The notes: generated from the letters alone by a model not told the origin. 64,000 nt of DNA from Candidatus Poribacteria bacterium (GCA_965198175.1 OZ240245.1:2784001-2848000), one strand, 5' to 3'; positions 1-9,293 are shown, counted from the stretch's first letter. Numbers and translations are program-made.

Positions 1-133
1 ATGTTTCATCAACAAGATAAAATGGTATCGTCGTATCTTCTCTCGTTTCGAGAAACTAGCTGCCCGTTATTTTGGATTTCTGAGTTTTGTCTCTACTCTT
101 ATCTGGCTCCGTTGAAATGTCAACAGAACCTAG
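1..133 (+). mobile_element. 3' end of an IS5-family (IS427-like) element: transposase C-terminus (2-115) and right terminal repeat, cut by the window edge
   Basis: Frame 2 from nt 2 reads CFINKIKWYRRIFSRFEKLAARYFGFLSFVSTLIWLR*, the typical IS5/IS427 C-terminus, followed by AATGTCAACAGAACC-TAG. A degenerate copy lies at 11604-11754. Confidence 0.85.
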
Positions 134-183
134 TATTATATATCGTAAATTCAATTTTAACAAAATAACCGCCACGTAGGCGT

Positions 184-288
184 TAACCCCACAGATGGTA
201 GCTTACACGATGGCGAACGATGAAAATCGTGCGTCGCAGAAGTGTCGTAGCTTCTGCTGTCCGCTGCCGTTTCGGGGTTATTTTTTTT
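184..288 (+). ncRNA. Candidate three-way-junction RNA ending in a T8 tract
   Basis: Pairings TAACCCC(184-190)/GGGGTTA(274-280), GATGGTAGC(194-202)/GCTGCCGTT(263-271), CACGAT(206-211)/ATCGTG(226-231) and GCAGAAG(236-242)/CTTCTGC(251-257), then T8 at 281-288. Confidence 0.45.
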
Positions 289-471
289 CTCGCATAGCCT
301 TATGCAGCGTATCTCGTGAATTTAACGGAACGGCATGAAAAAAATAAACTGATGTAAAATGTAATTCACAAAATCCGCTCTACGACTAGCATTCAGCGAT
401 TCCGGAATTACATCGGTGTAATTTGATGTAATTTTAGGTTCAACAAGTAGCACCACACCGAGGTCAAGAAT

Positions 472-1053
472 ATGGACGAAAATTCAACTTGGCAAGAAGC
501 CTTAAAGGACGAAGATATCCGACAAAACATCGCCTACAACATCCAGCGATACGGTGCGAAAAAAGCCGTGCACGCAATCTATGAAAACCCGAAATTAGAG
601 AGTTGCAGAACCGGTGACCCCGCGCAAGATCGAAAAGCCATACGCACCGCAATTCAAGTATGCAACCCTAAGAACAAAGATCGCTTCAACACGCAGAAAT
701 ACGGCGCCGCCGTCGCAGACGCCGCGAGAGACGAACTTGAGTGCGCGGTCGTGGAACACGTACCTTACATCAAACAGTCCCTTGAGCGTATGCGCGTCGT
801 GGACGAAGAGGCTGCAAACGCCGAAACCTTGGAAGAACTCAAAAAACTAAAACTAAAACAGGAAATACATGAGAAATATCGTTCAGCCCTATCATCCCTC
901 ACGGGGGCTCTTCGCGTCTACCAAAACCTGCCCGACGAGTCTAGCGCCGGTGCAGCCCAACCCCGACTTAATCCGGGAGATGCGCTCCGGGAACTCCCCG
1001 AACCTCCTGAGTCGTTACGAGGCAATTCGACACCAGGGCAAAATTCTAAATGA
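472..1053 (+). CDS. Hypothetical helical protein, positional candidate for terminase small subunit
   Basis: 193-aa ORF with GAGG upstream and a coiled-coil-like segment; its 3' end overlaps the terminase frame. The function is inferred from position only. Confidence 0.6.
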   Translation: MDENSTWQEALKDEDIRQNIAYNIQRYGAKKAVHAIYENPKLESCRTGDPAQDRKAIRTAIQVCNPKNKDRFNTQKYGAAVADAARDELECAVVEHVPYIKQSLERMRVVDEEAANAETLEELKKLKLKQEIHEKYRSALSSLTGALRVYQNLPDESSAGAAQPRLNPGDALRELPEPPESLRGNSTPGQNSK

Positions 1054-2758
1054 TGACGACCGGACGCTAATCGTACACATGGCTTACGTCGATCCGAGGT
1101 TCTTTGTCGAATTCTACCTCCACGACCCGGTGTCCATGTCCCCCCTGCAGCCGCACCATGTCCAACTCCTCAACCTCATCCCTTACGATCAAACCGGCGT
1201 CAAAGTCAACGTCCAAGCCCCGCGCGACTCCGCAAAGACAACCTGCTGCGCAATCTGGTACCCGCTCTGGAGGCTCTGCTTCAAATCCTTCCAACTCGCT
1301 GAAGGCGTCCCGGACGAAAAATTTATCCTAATCATCAGTCGCAGCCAACACATTGCAAAGGGCATTCTCGATAACCTCAAACTTCTAACCGAAAATCCCA
1401 AAATTGTCCGAGATTTCGGTAACCTCCGAGGTCGCGTATGGAAAAAAGATGAATGCGAGACCGCAAACGGCGTCACTATCCGAGTGCTCGGACGAAAGCA
1501 GTCGCCGCGAGGTGCACTCGTCGCCGGAAAGCGCCCGTCGCTCGTCATCGTCGACGACCTTGAAGACCCGAAACGCTGCCTGAACCCCGATTTGCGTGCG
1601 GAAGACTCGGATTGGCTCTTTTCGGACATCATGTTCGCTTCCGACATCGGAGGAAACCTCAACTGCATCTACGCCGATACCGTAAAGCACCCGGACAGCT
1701 TGTCCATGCGTCTAACCCAAACGCCCGGTTGGAAGAATGTCCACTTCAAAGCCATCCTCGACCCCGAAGACCTCTACCACCCTACCCACGAACATCTCTG
1801 GAAAGGTTGGGAGCAGATTTACGGCGACTTGACGTTAGATGACGCTGAACGAGAAGCAAAGGCGGACGAATTCTACAACTCTCATGCGGAAGAAATGAAC
1901 TCTGGCGTCGCTCCCCTCTGGCCCGAAGCATTATCCTACCTCAAAGTCCGCAAGATGATTGTAGAGCGCGGATACCACTACTGCCTCAGAGAACTGCAGA
2001 ACATCGCCCGCGACCCAAGCATGTCGATGTTCGACATGGAGAACGCAATGACGTTTGAGGTCGTCGACGAAGGCTTGAAGCGCCGCGACAGACGCATCGT
2101 AGAATGGGGTCAGATTGGCGGTTTCACCGCCTACCTCGACACCATGGGCGGGCGCGACGCACAGCAAAATTCCTATGCCTGCGCCGTCGTAGTCGCGTGG
2201 GAGCCGCTGGAGGGTGGACGTAAGCTCCACCCCGATTCATGGGCTGGTGTTAACGCCTACGTTCTGTCGTGCTGGATTGACCGCAAAGGCCTAACGGAAC
2301 AGTTCGAGAATGCCATTCTTCTCCACCAACGCGCCGAAGCCTTACTCCACAGAGCCGTACCGAAGTCGCATTTTGTCGTTGAGGAGCGTCCGGACCCAGA
2401 CCGCACCATCCGCACGTCGTACGATGTTGCGTTTAAAGATCTGAAGGAGAAGCTCAAGTTCGTAAACACACTAATCTATCACCCGCAGACGCAGAACAAG
2501 GAGGAGCGAATCGGAACGCTTGAACCTGCAATAAAAAACGGCTGGCTCGCCTTCAATCAGGTCGGCTTGCCGGGTGAGTTCATGAAGCAGTTCCGCGAAT
2601 TCCCGAATTCCGAGCACAACGACGCGCCCGACGCCGTTCAGGGTGCACTTCGCCAGAAAATCACCTCCACCCCGAAGCAGCGCGAGCACGAACAGCGGCG
2701 TAGACGCGCACGCAACGAGTCGTATCGCGAATACGGACGGCCAACCGTCCATCTATAA
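869..2758 (+). CDS. terL: Phage terminase large subunit (ATPase plus RNase H-like nuclease); start uncertain (869, 980 or 1079)
   Basis: Walker A VQAPRDSAKTT, Walker B RPSLVIVDDLED, nuclease Asp in AYLDTMGG, NKEERI motif and C-terminal EFPNSEHNDAPDAVQGAL. Confidence 0.9.
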   Translation: MRNIVQPYHPSRGLFASTKTCPTSLAPVQPNPDLIREMRSGNSPNLLSRYEAIRHQGKILNDDDRTLIVHMAYVDPRFFVEFYLHDPVSMSPLQPHHVQLLNLIPYDQTGVKVNVQAPRDSAKTTCCAIWYPLWRLCFKSFQLAEGVPDEKFILIISRSQHIAKGILDNLKLLTENPKIVRDFGNLRGRVWKKDECETANGVTIRVLGRKQSPRGALVAGKRPSLVIVDDLEDPKRCLNPDLRAEDSDWLFSDIMFASDIGGNLNCIYADTVKHPDSLSMRLTQTPGWKNVHFKAILDPEDLYHPTHEHLWKGWEQIYGDLTLDDAEREAKADEFYNSHAEEMNSGVAPLWPEALSYLKVRKMIVERGYHYCLRELQNIARDPSMSMFDMENAMTFEVVDEGLKRRDRRIVEWGQIGGFTAYLDTMGGRDAQQNSYACAVVVAWEPLEGGRKLHPDSWAGVNAYVLSCWIDRKGLTEQFENAILLHQRAEALLHRAVPKSHFVVEERPDPDRTIRTSYDVAFKDLKEKLKFVNTLIYHPQTQNKEERIGTLEPAIKNGWLAFNQVGLPGEFMKQFREFPNSEHNDAPDAVQGALRQKITSTPKQREHEQRRRRARNESYREYGRPTVHL

Positions 2759-2765
2759 CCCCGGC

Positions 2766-2802
2766 AAATCCTCCCCCTTAACACGAGGGAGTTAGAGGGG
2801 GT
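2766..2802. repeat. REP-like palindromic intergenic repeat, copy 1
   Basis: AAATCCTCCCCCTTAACACGAGGGAGTTAGAGGGGGT is nearly identical to 56697-56733. Confidence 0.75.
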
Positions 2803-2881
2803 AAGTCGCACCCCAGGAATCGGCAACGCAAAATGGCGACATTGACGCCGCCAAAACCGCACCGTTAGCAGGCATTAAATA

Positions 2882-2910
2882 TTGACCGTCCGGGTAGACT
2901 TTGATATACT
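2882..2910 (+). promoter_or_regulatory. Sigma70-type promoter
   Basis: TTGACC-17 nt-TATACT with an extended -10 TG. Confidence 0.6.
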
Positions 2911-3109
2911 ATCCCTGTCGACGACTCATGACAGGCTGCGTCCGAATATCTTCGCCGTGGTGCTGGGCGGCAGGGGTCATTAATCCATGTTCGCGCGACG
3001 GAGAGCGCGTCCGGCCCGCGTCGCCATATATTTGATGAAATACCCTATAATTTTCCGGAATGGAGTGTCGCCGAAAATTGGAGAAGCGGTTACTGGATTT
3101 TGATTTGAT

Positions 3110-3138
3110 TTGATTTTAGTTACAAGAGCTAGTATAAT
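3110..3138 (+). promoter_or_regulatory. Sigma70-type promoter for the ABC exporter operon leader
   Basis: TTGATT-17 nt-TATAAT. Confidence 0.6.
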
Positions 3139-3456
3139 TATTTATGGTTCTGGTTAGAAACCATTTGTCTTATCGTGCACAAAAGGAGCCCGGACGATGC
3201 TGATTTGTAAATGCAAGAAAGCAAGGTAGTTCTGGATACCAACACGCGTTCCATGCAAGAGAGCGCTTTTAGTGAAAAGTCGTCCTCAGATATGATGTGT
3301 TAACACCTCCATGTGCAAATGTTGAGTTCTCCAGTACGCTTCAGGTGAATAATTGAGTTCCCTTTCGTGTCCGGAGAAAGGAAGGCATGCCTATAAAGTA
3401 TTAATGCAATATAGGGACGATCCATGACTAGATGGTTTTCTTATATCCGAAACTGG

Positions 3457-3487
3457 CCACGGTTCAACAGGGATCGTGGTTTTTTTT
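3457..3487 (+). terminator. Intrinsic terminator or attenuator inside the ABC operon leader
   Basis: CCACGGTTC/GGATCGTGG stem followed by T8, about 130 nt before the ABC start codon. Confidence 0.7.
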
Positions 3488-3616
3488 GTGGTTATTAACC
3501 ACTAACGCTGCTGAGAAAGTGGAGCTTTCTTGCTTAGAATTGTATTCTGAATCACAAGCTGATATTAAAAGATTCCTATTTTTACGATAAGTATATACCG
3601 TCTGAAGACAGGGAAG

Positions 3617-5854
3617 TTGATGATGAAGTTGCTCGAACCGACGCCAAACACAGTCAAACAAAGGATACAGGGCATACTGCCGCCAGGAGAAGATGAACTC
3701 ATTCGAGTATCTACTGACTTGAGGTGCGATGGGCGCTTTGGCATACAGTGGATTGTCGTTACAGACAAGCGAATCATGATTATTTCCCAAGATGGCGCCG
3801 ATGGTGATGTACAAGTACCCATTGAAGAGGTCGTTGCGGTGCGGACGGAACCCCTAGTCGGCGGCGGGCGCTTGGAGATTGAGCGGAAAGCTAGCCCAAC
3901 CGCTTTAATCCCCTACTCTAACTCTATCGCGGTGAAGTTCTCCGAAGTTGCGCGCGGCATTGAACAGCTTCGCAAGGAGGAACAGTTACTAATCAATAGC
4001 CAACTTGACCGCACACGATGCGAAAAATGTGGTAAGTTGCTACCTGAGAAGGACGGCATCTGCCCGGCTTGCATCCAACGGTTAGCAACGCTGCAGCGAA
4101 TCGGGAGTTATCTGATGCCCTACAAATGGCGCTCGATTCTCCTTGCAACGGCGTCTATCATTGGAACCCTCTCGGAAATAGTACCCCCGTGGATCACCCG
4201 GCACATCGTAGATGATGCGCTTGTACCGAAGGAAGGAGCAACTGTCGATATGGAGCAACGATTCACGCTGCTAAGTTGGCTAGTGCTTGGATTAATCGGG
4301 GTCCGGGTGTTCGGTTGGGGTGCGGAATGGGTGCAGGGCTGGACGGTGACTTGGTTGGGTGCACGTGTCACAGCTGATATCCGGAGCCGTCTGTATCGAC
4401 AACTCGAGTTACTATCGCTACAGTTTTATGACAAGCGGCAGGTCGGCGCGGTGATGTCACGTGTAACAAGAGATGCCGGCAGACTACAGGATTTCCTGGT
4501 GGAAGGCATTCCCTATCTGGTCATCAATGCCCTAATGATTGTTGGCATACTGGGATTCCTGTTCTTGATGAGCTGGCGGTTGACATTGTACATCCTGCTG
4601 CCGGTTCCACTTCTTCTGGCATGGGGCGTGTTCTTCTGGCGGAGGATGCGGCGTTACTTCCGGAAGTGGGATCAGAACTGGTCAAATCTTATGGCGATGG
4701 TGAATGAAACATTGTCCGGCATTCGAGTGGTAAAAGCCTTTGCACAAGAGATTCGGGAAATTGCCGCGTTTAACAAACGGAATAAGGCGCTGCGGCGGAT
4801 AGCCGTGCGCACGGAGATTAACTGGAGAATCTTTTTCGCTACGTCGAGCTTCGTGACTGGCTTGGGTGTATTGATTATTTGGTTCTTCGGAGGGCTAGAG
4901 ATGATGAAGGGTGAACTCTCTCTGGGTAAGCTTATGGCGTTCTACGGCTACATGTGGCTTGTTTATGGTCCCATCCAGTGGTTCGGACAGGTCAACAATT
5001 GGATGACCCGGGCGTTCACTGGGGCGGAGCGCATCTTCGAGGTCATTGATACGCCGCCCGAAGCCTACGGGGATGCAAACGCGGTTCCCATGCCCAACAT
5101 AGAGGGCAGAATTGATTTCAAGAGGGTCACTTTTGGCTACGATAAGAGCAAGCCGGTTCTCCATGAAATCGATCTCGAGGTCGTACCAGGAGAGATGGTC
5201 GGGCTTGTGGGCAAGTCAGGGGTCGGCAAAACAACCACGGTGAACTTAATCTGCCGGTTCTATGAAGTAGACCATGGTGTGATTGAGATTGACGGCATGG
5301 ATAGCCGTAAAATCCGGATGGAGGATTTACGTAGCCAGATTGGTATTGTGCCCCAGGAACCGTTTCTTTTCAGCGGCACAATTGCTGAGAACATCAGCTA
5401 CGGTAAACCCGGAGCAAGCTTCGAGGAAATTATGGATGCTGCACAAGCAGCCAACGCCCACAACTTTATCCTCGCCAAGCCCGATGGCTATGATACCCAG
5501 GTGGGAGAGCGGGGAAATAAACTGTCAGGCGGAGAGAAGCAGCGAATCGCAATTGCCCGCGCTATTCTCCACAACCCAAGGATTCTGATTTTAGATGAAG
5601 CGACTTCGTCGGTAGACGTGGAGACGGAGAAGCAGATTCAGGAAGCCATTGCCCGACTAATCAAAGGGCGCACTACCCTCGCAATCGCCCACCGGCTATC
5701 AACCCTGCGGAATGCGAACCGGCTAGTAGTGCTTGAGGACGGACGCATTGTAGAGATGGGAACGCATAGCCAACTGATGGAGAAACGGGGCGCATTCTAT
5801 GACCTTGTGCAGTTACAGCAGCAGGCCTCAGAGATTATCGCAGTTAAAGAGTAG
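3617..5854 (+). CDS. ABC exporter (TMD plus NBD) with an extra N-terminal domain and CxxC-CxxC zinc finger
   Basis: Walker A GKSGVGKT, LSGGEKQR signature, ILDEATS, IAHRLST; N-terminal CEKC...CPAC before the TM helices. Confidence 0.95.
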   Translation: MMMKLLEPTPNTVKQRIQGILPPGEDELIRVSTDLRCDGRFGIQWIVVTDKRIMIISQDGADGDVQVPIEEVVAVRTEPLVGGGRLEIERKASPTALIPYSNSIAVKFSEVARGIEQLRKEEQLLINSQLDRTRCEKCGKLLPEKDGICPACIQRLATLQRIGSYLMPYKWRSILLATASIIGTLSEIVPPWITRHIVDDALVPKEGATVDMEQRFTLLSWLVLGLIGVRVFGWGAEWVQGWTVTWLGARVTADIRSRLYRQLELLSLQFYDKRQVGAVMSRVTRDAGRLQDFLVEGIPYLVINALMIVGILGFLFLMSWRLTLYILLPVPLLLAWGVFFWRRMRRYFRKWDQNWSNLMAMVNETLSGIRVVKAFAQEIREIAAFNKRNKALRRIAVRTEINWRIFFATSSFVTGLGVLIIWFFGGLEMMKGELSLGKLMAFYGYMWLVYGPIQWFGQVNNWMTRAFTGAERIFEVIDTPPEAYGDANAVPMPNIEGRIDFKRVTFGYDKSKPVLHEIDLEVVPGEMVGLVGKSGVGKTTTVNLICRFYEVDHGVIEIDGMDSRKIRMEDLRSQIGIVPQEPFLFSGTIAENISYGKPGASFEEIMDAAQAANAHNFILAKPDGYDTQVGERGNKLSGGEKQRIAIARAILHNPRILILDEATSSVDVETEKQIQEAIARLIKGRTTLAIAHRLSTLRNANRLVVLEDGRIVEMGTHSQLMEKRGAFYDLVQLQQQASEIIAVKE

Positions 5855-6025
5855 TGCCTGAATAGCTCCGCGATTAATCTCATTTGCCTCGATTTTTCCG
5901 CGACTCTTAGAATCTGGCAATTTGTCTCTTAAGGATAGTATTTCTATTGGACCTCACGCAACAGTCGGATATCGACACAGCATTCAAACGTGCTAACACA
6001 AACTAGGACATATCAAACAACAACA

Positions 6026-8260
6026 ATGCAACCGTTTATCGAATCACTGCCAACTGAAGTGAATGCGAAGCTACAAAGGGCAAAACCCGCAGAAGAACAG
6101 GTGTTTATACAGGTCTCGACCGATCTCGTCGACGACCAGTCATTTGGGAAAAAATGGTTGGTGGCGACCAAGCAGCGCCTGCTGGTTATCCCAACAGGTG
6201 ACGTCTATGACGTTGAGGAGATACCGATCGAGGCAATCCAGGCGGCTAAGACAGAGGAATTGGTCGGTGGTGGTCGTCTCGAGATAGAGCGCAAAGCGGG
6301 CGCCCCCATCTGCTTGTACTATTCTAGTTCGTTGATTCCTAAGTTTGCTGACGTGGCCCTGGGGATTGGTCAACTCTCTAAAAAGGAAACCCTCGAACTG
6401 CCGACGGAGATAGAACGGACACGGTGCGCAAAGTGCGGACGGCTGCTTCCAGAGAAAGACAGCAAATGTGCAGCTTGTATGAAGAAATGGGACACGCTGT
6501 TGCGTATCCTAAGCTATGTCAAACCTTACCGTGTTCAATTGGCGTTGGTTATGTTGATAACAGTAACAAGCACGCTAATAGATGTGCTTCCACCGCTCAT
6601 TACACAGCACATCATTGATGATGTGCTTGTACCACGGTCAAACCTTGACCTCTTAGCCCGGCTTGTGGCAGGGCTTCTAGGGCTTCGCCTTCTCAGTTGG
6701 CTTTCCGAAGTCAGTCGCGCGGCATTAAGCAGTTGGCTGGGTTTTCGAGCATCTGAGGACATTAGGGCCGCACTCTATCGTTGTTTGCAGTTCCTGCCTA
6801 TTAGATTTTACGATAAACGCAAAGTAGGCGCGCTGATATCCCGAATGACCAACGATGCGGATCGGCTGGAGGATTATATTACTTACGATATTCCCTACAT
6901 CCTTTCTAACGCCCTGTTGCTGGTGGGTATTTTCAGTCTACTCTTGTATAAGAACTGGGTACTAACCCTCTACGTGTTACTCCCCGTGCCACTGATTGTT
7001 TTAGGAGGAACGCTGATTTGGAACCGCTTGAGGCGTTATTGGCGTCTCTGGTCCGCCAAGTGGGGCAGGCTCTCTTCCCACCTGAATGAGTCAATTACGG
7101 GGATTCGCTTGGTGAAAGCTTTCGCGCAGGAACAGCGTGAAAGCATCCGGTTTGACCGGCATAACGACGAACTTCGACAGGCGAATGTGATTGCGAATCG
7201 AGTCTGGTTTATCTTCTTCACCATCACGAACTTTCTCATGAGTTTCGGCGTCTTCTTCGTCTGGTACTTTGGCGGGAAACAGATTCTGAACGAGGAGTTG
7301 AAACTAGGAGAGTTGATGGCATTCATCAGTTACATTTGGATGCTCTATCAACCTCTTAAATGGCTTGGCGATGACTACAATTTAATGCTTCGCGCCTTTG
7401 CCGGCGCCGAGCGAATTTTCGAGGTTATGGACTCGCCCTCTGACCTGTTTAACGATCCAGACGCAACTCCGATGCCTAAAATCGACGGGCGAATAACTTT
7501 CAAAGACGTCACATTTGGTTATGATCCGGGCAAGCCAGTCCTTAGGGAAATCAATCTAACGGTAGAACAGGGCGAAATGATTGGACTAGTAGGCAAATCC
7601 GGCGCGGGTAAAAGCACGATAATTAACCTCATCTGCCGTTTCTACGATGTGACTCGGGGAACTTTGCAGGTTGATGGTGAGGATATCCGAAATATCCGAA
7701 TCGAGGATTTGCGCTCTCAAATCGGCATGGTCCATCAGGAGCCGTTTTTATTCAACAGGACGATTGCTGAAAACATCTGCTACGGCAAACCGGGCGCGGC
7801 CTTTGACGAAATCATGCGCGCAGCTATGGCTGCGGAAGCTCATGAATTTATCGTCGCCAAGCCGGACGGTTATGACACGGTGGTTGGTGAGCGCGGGAAC
7901 AAACTCTCCGGTGGTGAGAAACAGCGTATCGCTATCTCAAGGGCAATCTTGCATAATCCAAAGATTCTGATTCTCGACGAAGCGACATCGTCGCTCGATA
8001 CCTCGACTGAGACAAAGATTCAGGCTGCTATCGCTAGATTAGTCAAAGGACGGACGACCATTGCCATTGCTCACCGGTTATCGACGTTGCGCAACGCGGA
8101 TCGGCTGGTCGTTTTGGACGAGGGTAAAATCGCGGAGGTCGGTGCGCATGAGGAATTGATGGAGCGGAAAGGGATGTTTTACAACCTGGTCCAAACACAG
8201 CAGGCAACGTCAGCGGCAATTGCGGTCGGCGGCGAGAGAGACGATTCGGCGAATGAATAA
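6026..8260 (+). CDS. ABC exporter paralog with the same N-terminal domain and zinc finger
   Basis: GKSGAGKS, LSGGEKQR, ILDEATS; CAKC...CAAC; shares ELVGGGRLEIERK with the upstream paralog. Start may be 5990. Confidence 0.95.
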   Translation: MQPFIESLPTEVNAKLQRAKPAEEQVFIQVSTDLVDDQSFGKKWLVATKQRLLVIPTGDVYDVEEIPIEAIQAAKTEELVGGGRLEIERKAGAPICLYYSSSLIPKFADVALGIGQLSKKETLELPTEIERTRCAKCGRLLPEKDSKCAACMKKWDTLLRILSYVKPYRVQLALVMLITVTSTLIDVLPPLITQHIIDDVLVPRSNLDLLARLVAGLLGLRLLSWLSEVSRAALSSWLGFRASEDIRAALYRCLQFLPIRFYDKRKVGALISRMTNDADRLEDYITYDIPYILSNALLLVGIFSLLLYKNWVLTLYVLLPVPLIVLGGTLIWNRLRRYWRLWSAKWGRLSSHLNESITGIRLVKAFAQEQRESIRFDRHNDELRQANVIANRVWFIFFTITNFLMSFGVFFVWYFGGKQILNEELKLGELMAFISYIWMLYQPLKWLGDDYNLMLRAFAGAERIFEVMDSPSDLFNDPDATPMPKIDGRITFKDVTFGYDPGKPVLREINLTVEQGEMIGLVGKSGAGKSTIINLICRFYDVTRGTLQVDGEDIRNIRIEDLRSQIGMVHQEPFLFNRTIAENICYGKPGAAFDEIMRAAMAAEAHEFIVAKPDGYDTVVGERGNKLSGGEKQRIAISRAILHNPKILILDEATSSLDTSTETKIQAAIARLVKGRTTIAIAHRLSTLRNADRLVVLDEGKIAEVGAHEELMERKGMFYNLVQTQQATSAAIAVGGERDDSANE

Positions 8261-8355
8261 AACTATGTTCCTTTGAGGAAAGCCAATTTTTGCAGACAAG
8301 CGAACAAACTTTTGATCGAAGTTGGATACAGTTACAAGAATCTTGGAGAATTCAT

Positions 8356-8916
8356 ATGAAAAACACTAACTCCTTCAGTGAAAATGACAATCCGAAGATA
8401 AAGCATGCAGTTACACCGATCCGGACACCACCTCCGGAATACGTCGATCCAAAGGACATCCGATTGTTCCGAGAACCGCCATGGAAACTGCGACTCTCCA
8501 TCGAAGACGACCGTTCCTACCTCATGGTCAGAATTGTCTGTGCAGCGCCGCTGTCCCAACCGTCGCGGTATATCTGCTTCCTTGACGAAAAGAATGAGGT
8601 CATCTGTACCGTCGAGAATCCGAGCGTCCTGGACGCTGAATCTCAACGCATTGTCAAGGAGGAGCTCAACCAACGGTACATGACCGCCATTATCGAACAG
8701 GTTGACTCCCTCCGGAATGAGTTTGGTGTGTCTTATTGGGATGTTACAACTAACCGAGGAAATCGAGAGTTTGTGGTGCGGAACGTTTCCGAGAGCGCGC
8801 AATGGATTTCACGACGTCGTCTACTGTTGATTGATGTGGACGGTAACCGGTTCGAAATTCCCAACCTCGACGCGCTCGATAAGCGAAGCCTCAATCTAAT
8901 TGGGATGGTGATTTAG
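8356..8916 (+). CDS. DUF1854-family protein
   Basis: APLSQPSRYICFLD, YWDVTTNRGNREF and LLIDVDGNRFEIP motifs; usual position after this ABC type; GGAG before ATG 8356. Confidence 0.85.
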   Translation: MKNTNSFSENDNPKIKHAVTPIRTPPPEYVDPKDIRLFREPPWKLRLSIEDDRSYLMVRIVCAAPLSQPSRYICFLDEKNEVICTVENPSVLDAESQRIVKEELNQRYMTAIIEQVDSLRNEFGVSYWDVTTNRGNREFVVRNVSESAQWISRRRLLLIDVDGNRFEIPNLDALDKRSLNLIGMVI

Positions 8917-9085
8917 AAGGCTTTGAATCCGATCGGAAGGACTTTGGAGCCCGTCCAGCAACTACCCGATTTAGCAATACAGCTCATCTACTATTTGGTG
9001 GTTGCCAAAGGCAGTTTTTGAGCGTCCCCCTGCACCGAGTTACGGTAGTTCTTCTATTGAATCGCCTAAAAACCTTCTGAATTTA

Positions 9086-9114
9086 TTGCAATATTCCTCT
9101 AGATGTGATAGAAT
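9086..9114 (+). promoter_or_regulatory. Sigma70-type promoter of guaB
   Basis: TTGCAA-17 nt-TAGAAT with an extended -10 TG. Confidence 0.6.
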
Positions 9115-9293
9115 ACCTAGTTAAAATCTTTTAGAGCAGATGTCATGGACCTTCCGTTAGATTGGGGTACGCAACTGTGCTTTAATTAAAAAGTATCATG
9201 CCCTCGTTTTAGTTTGTAAGAATAGCGAGGATTCACTAAACCGTTCTGCAGACCCTTAGTTGTGCTCACCTAGGTACAAAGGAGGCGATTTAC

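Noticed and set aside
869..1053. Programmed frameshift fusing the 472 ORF to terL
   Set aside because: The overlap is explained by internal ATGs (980, 1079); no clear slippery site with downstream structure inside the overlap.
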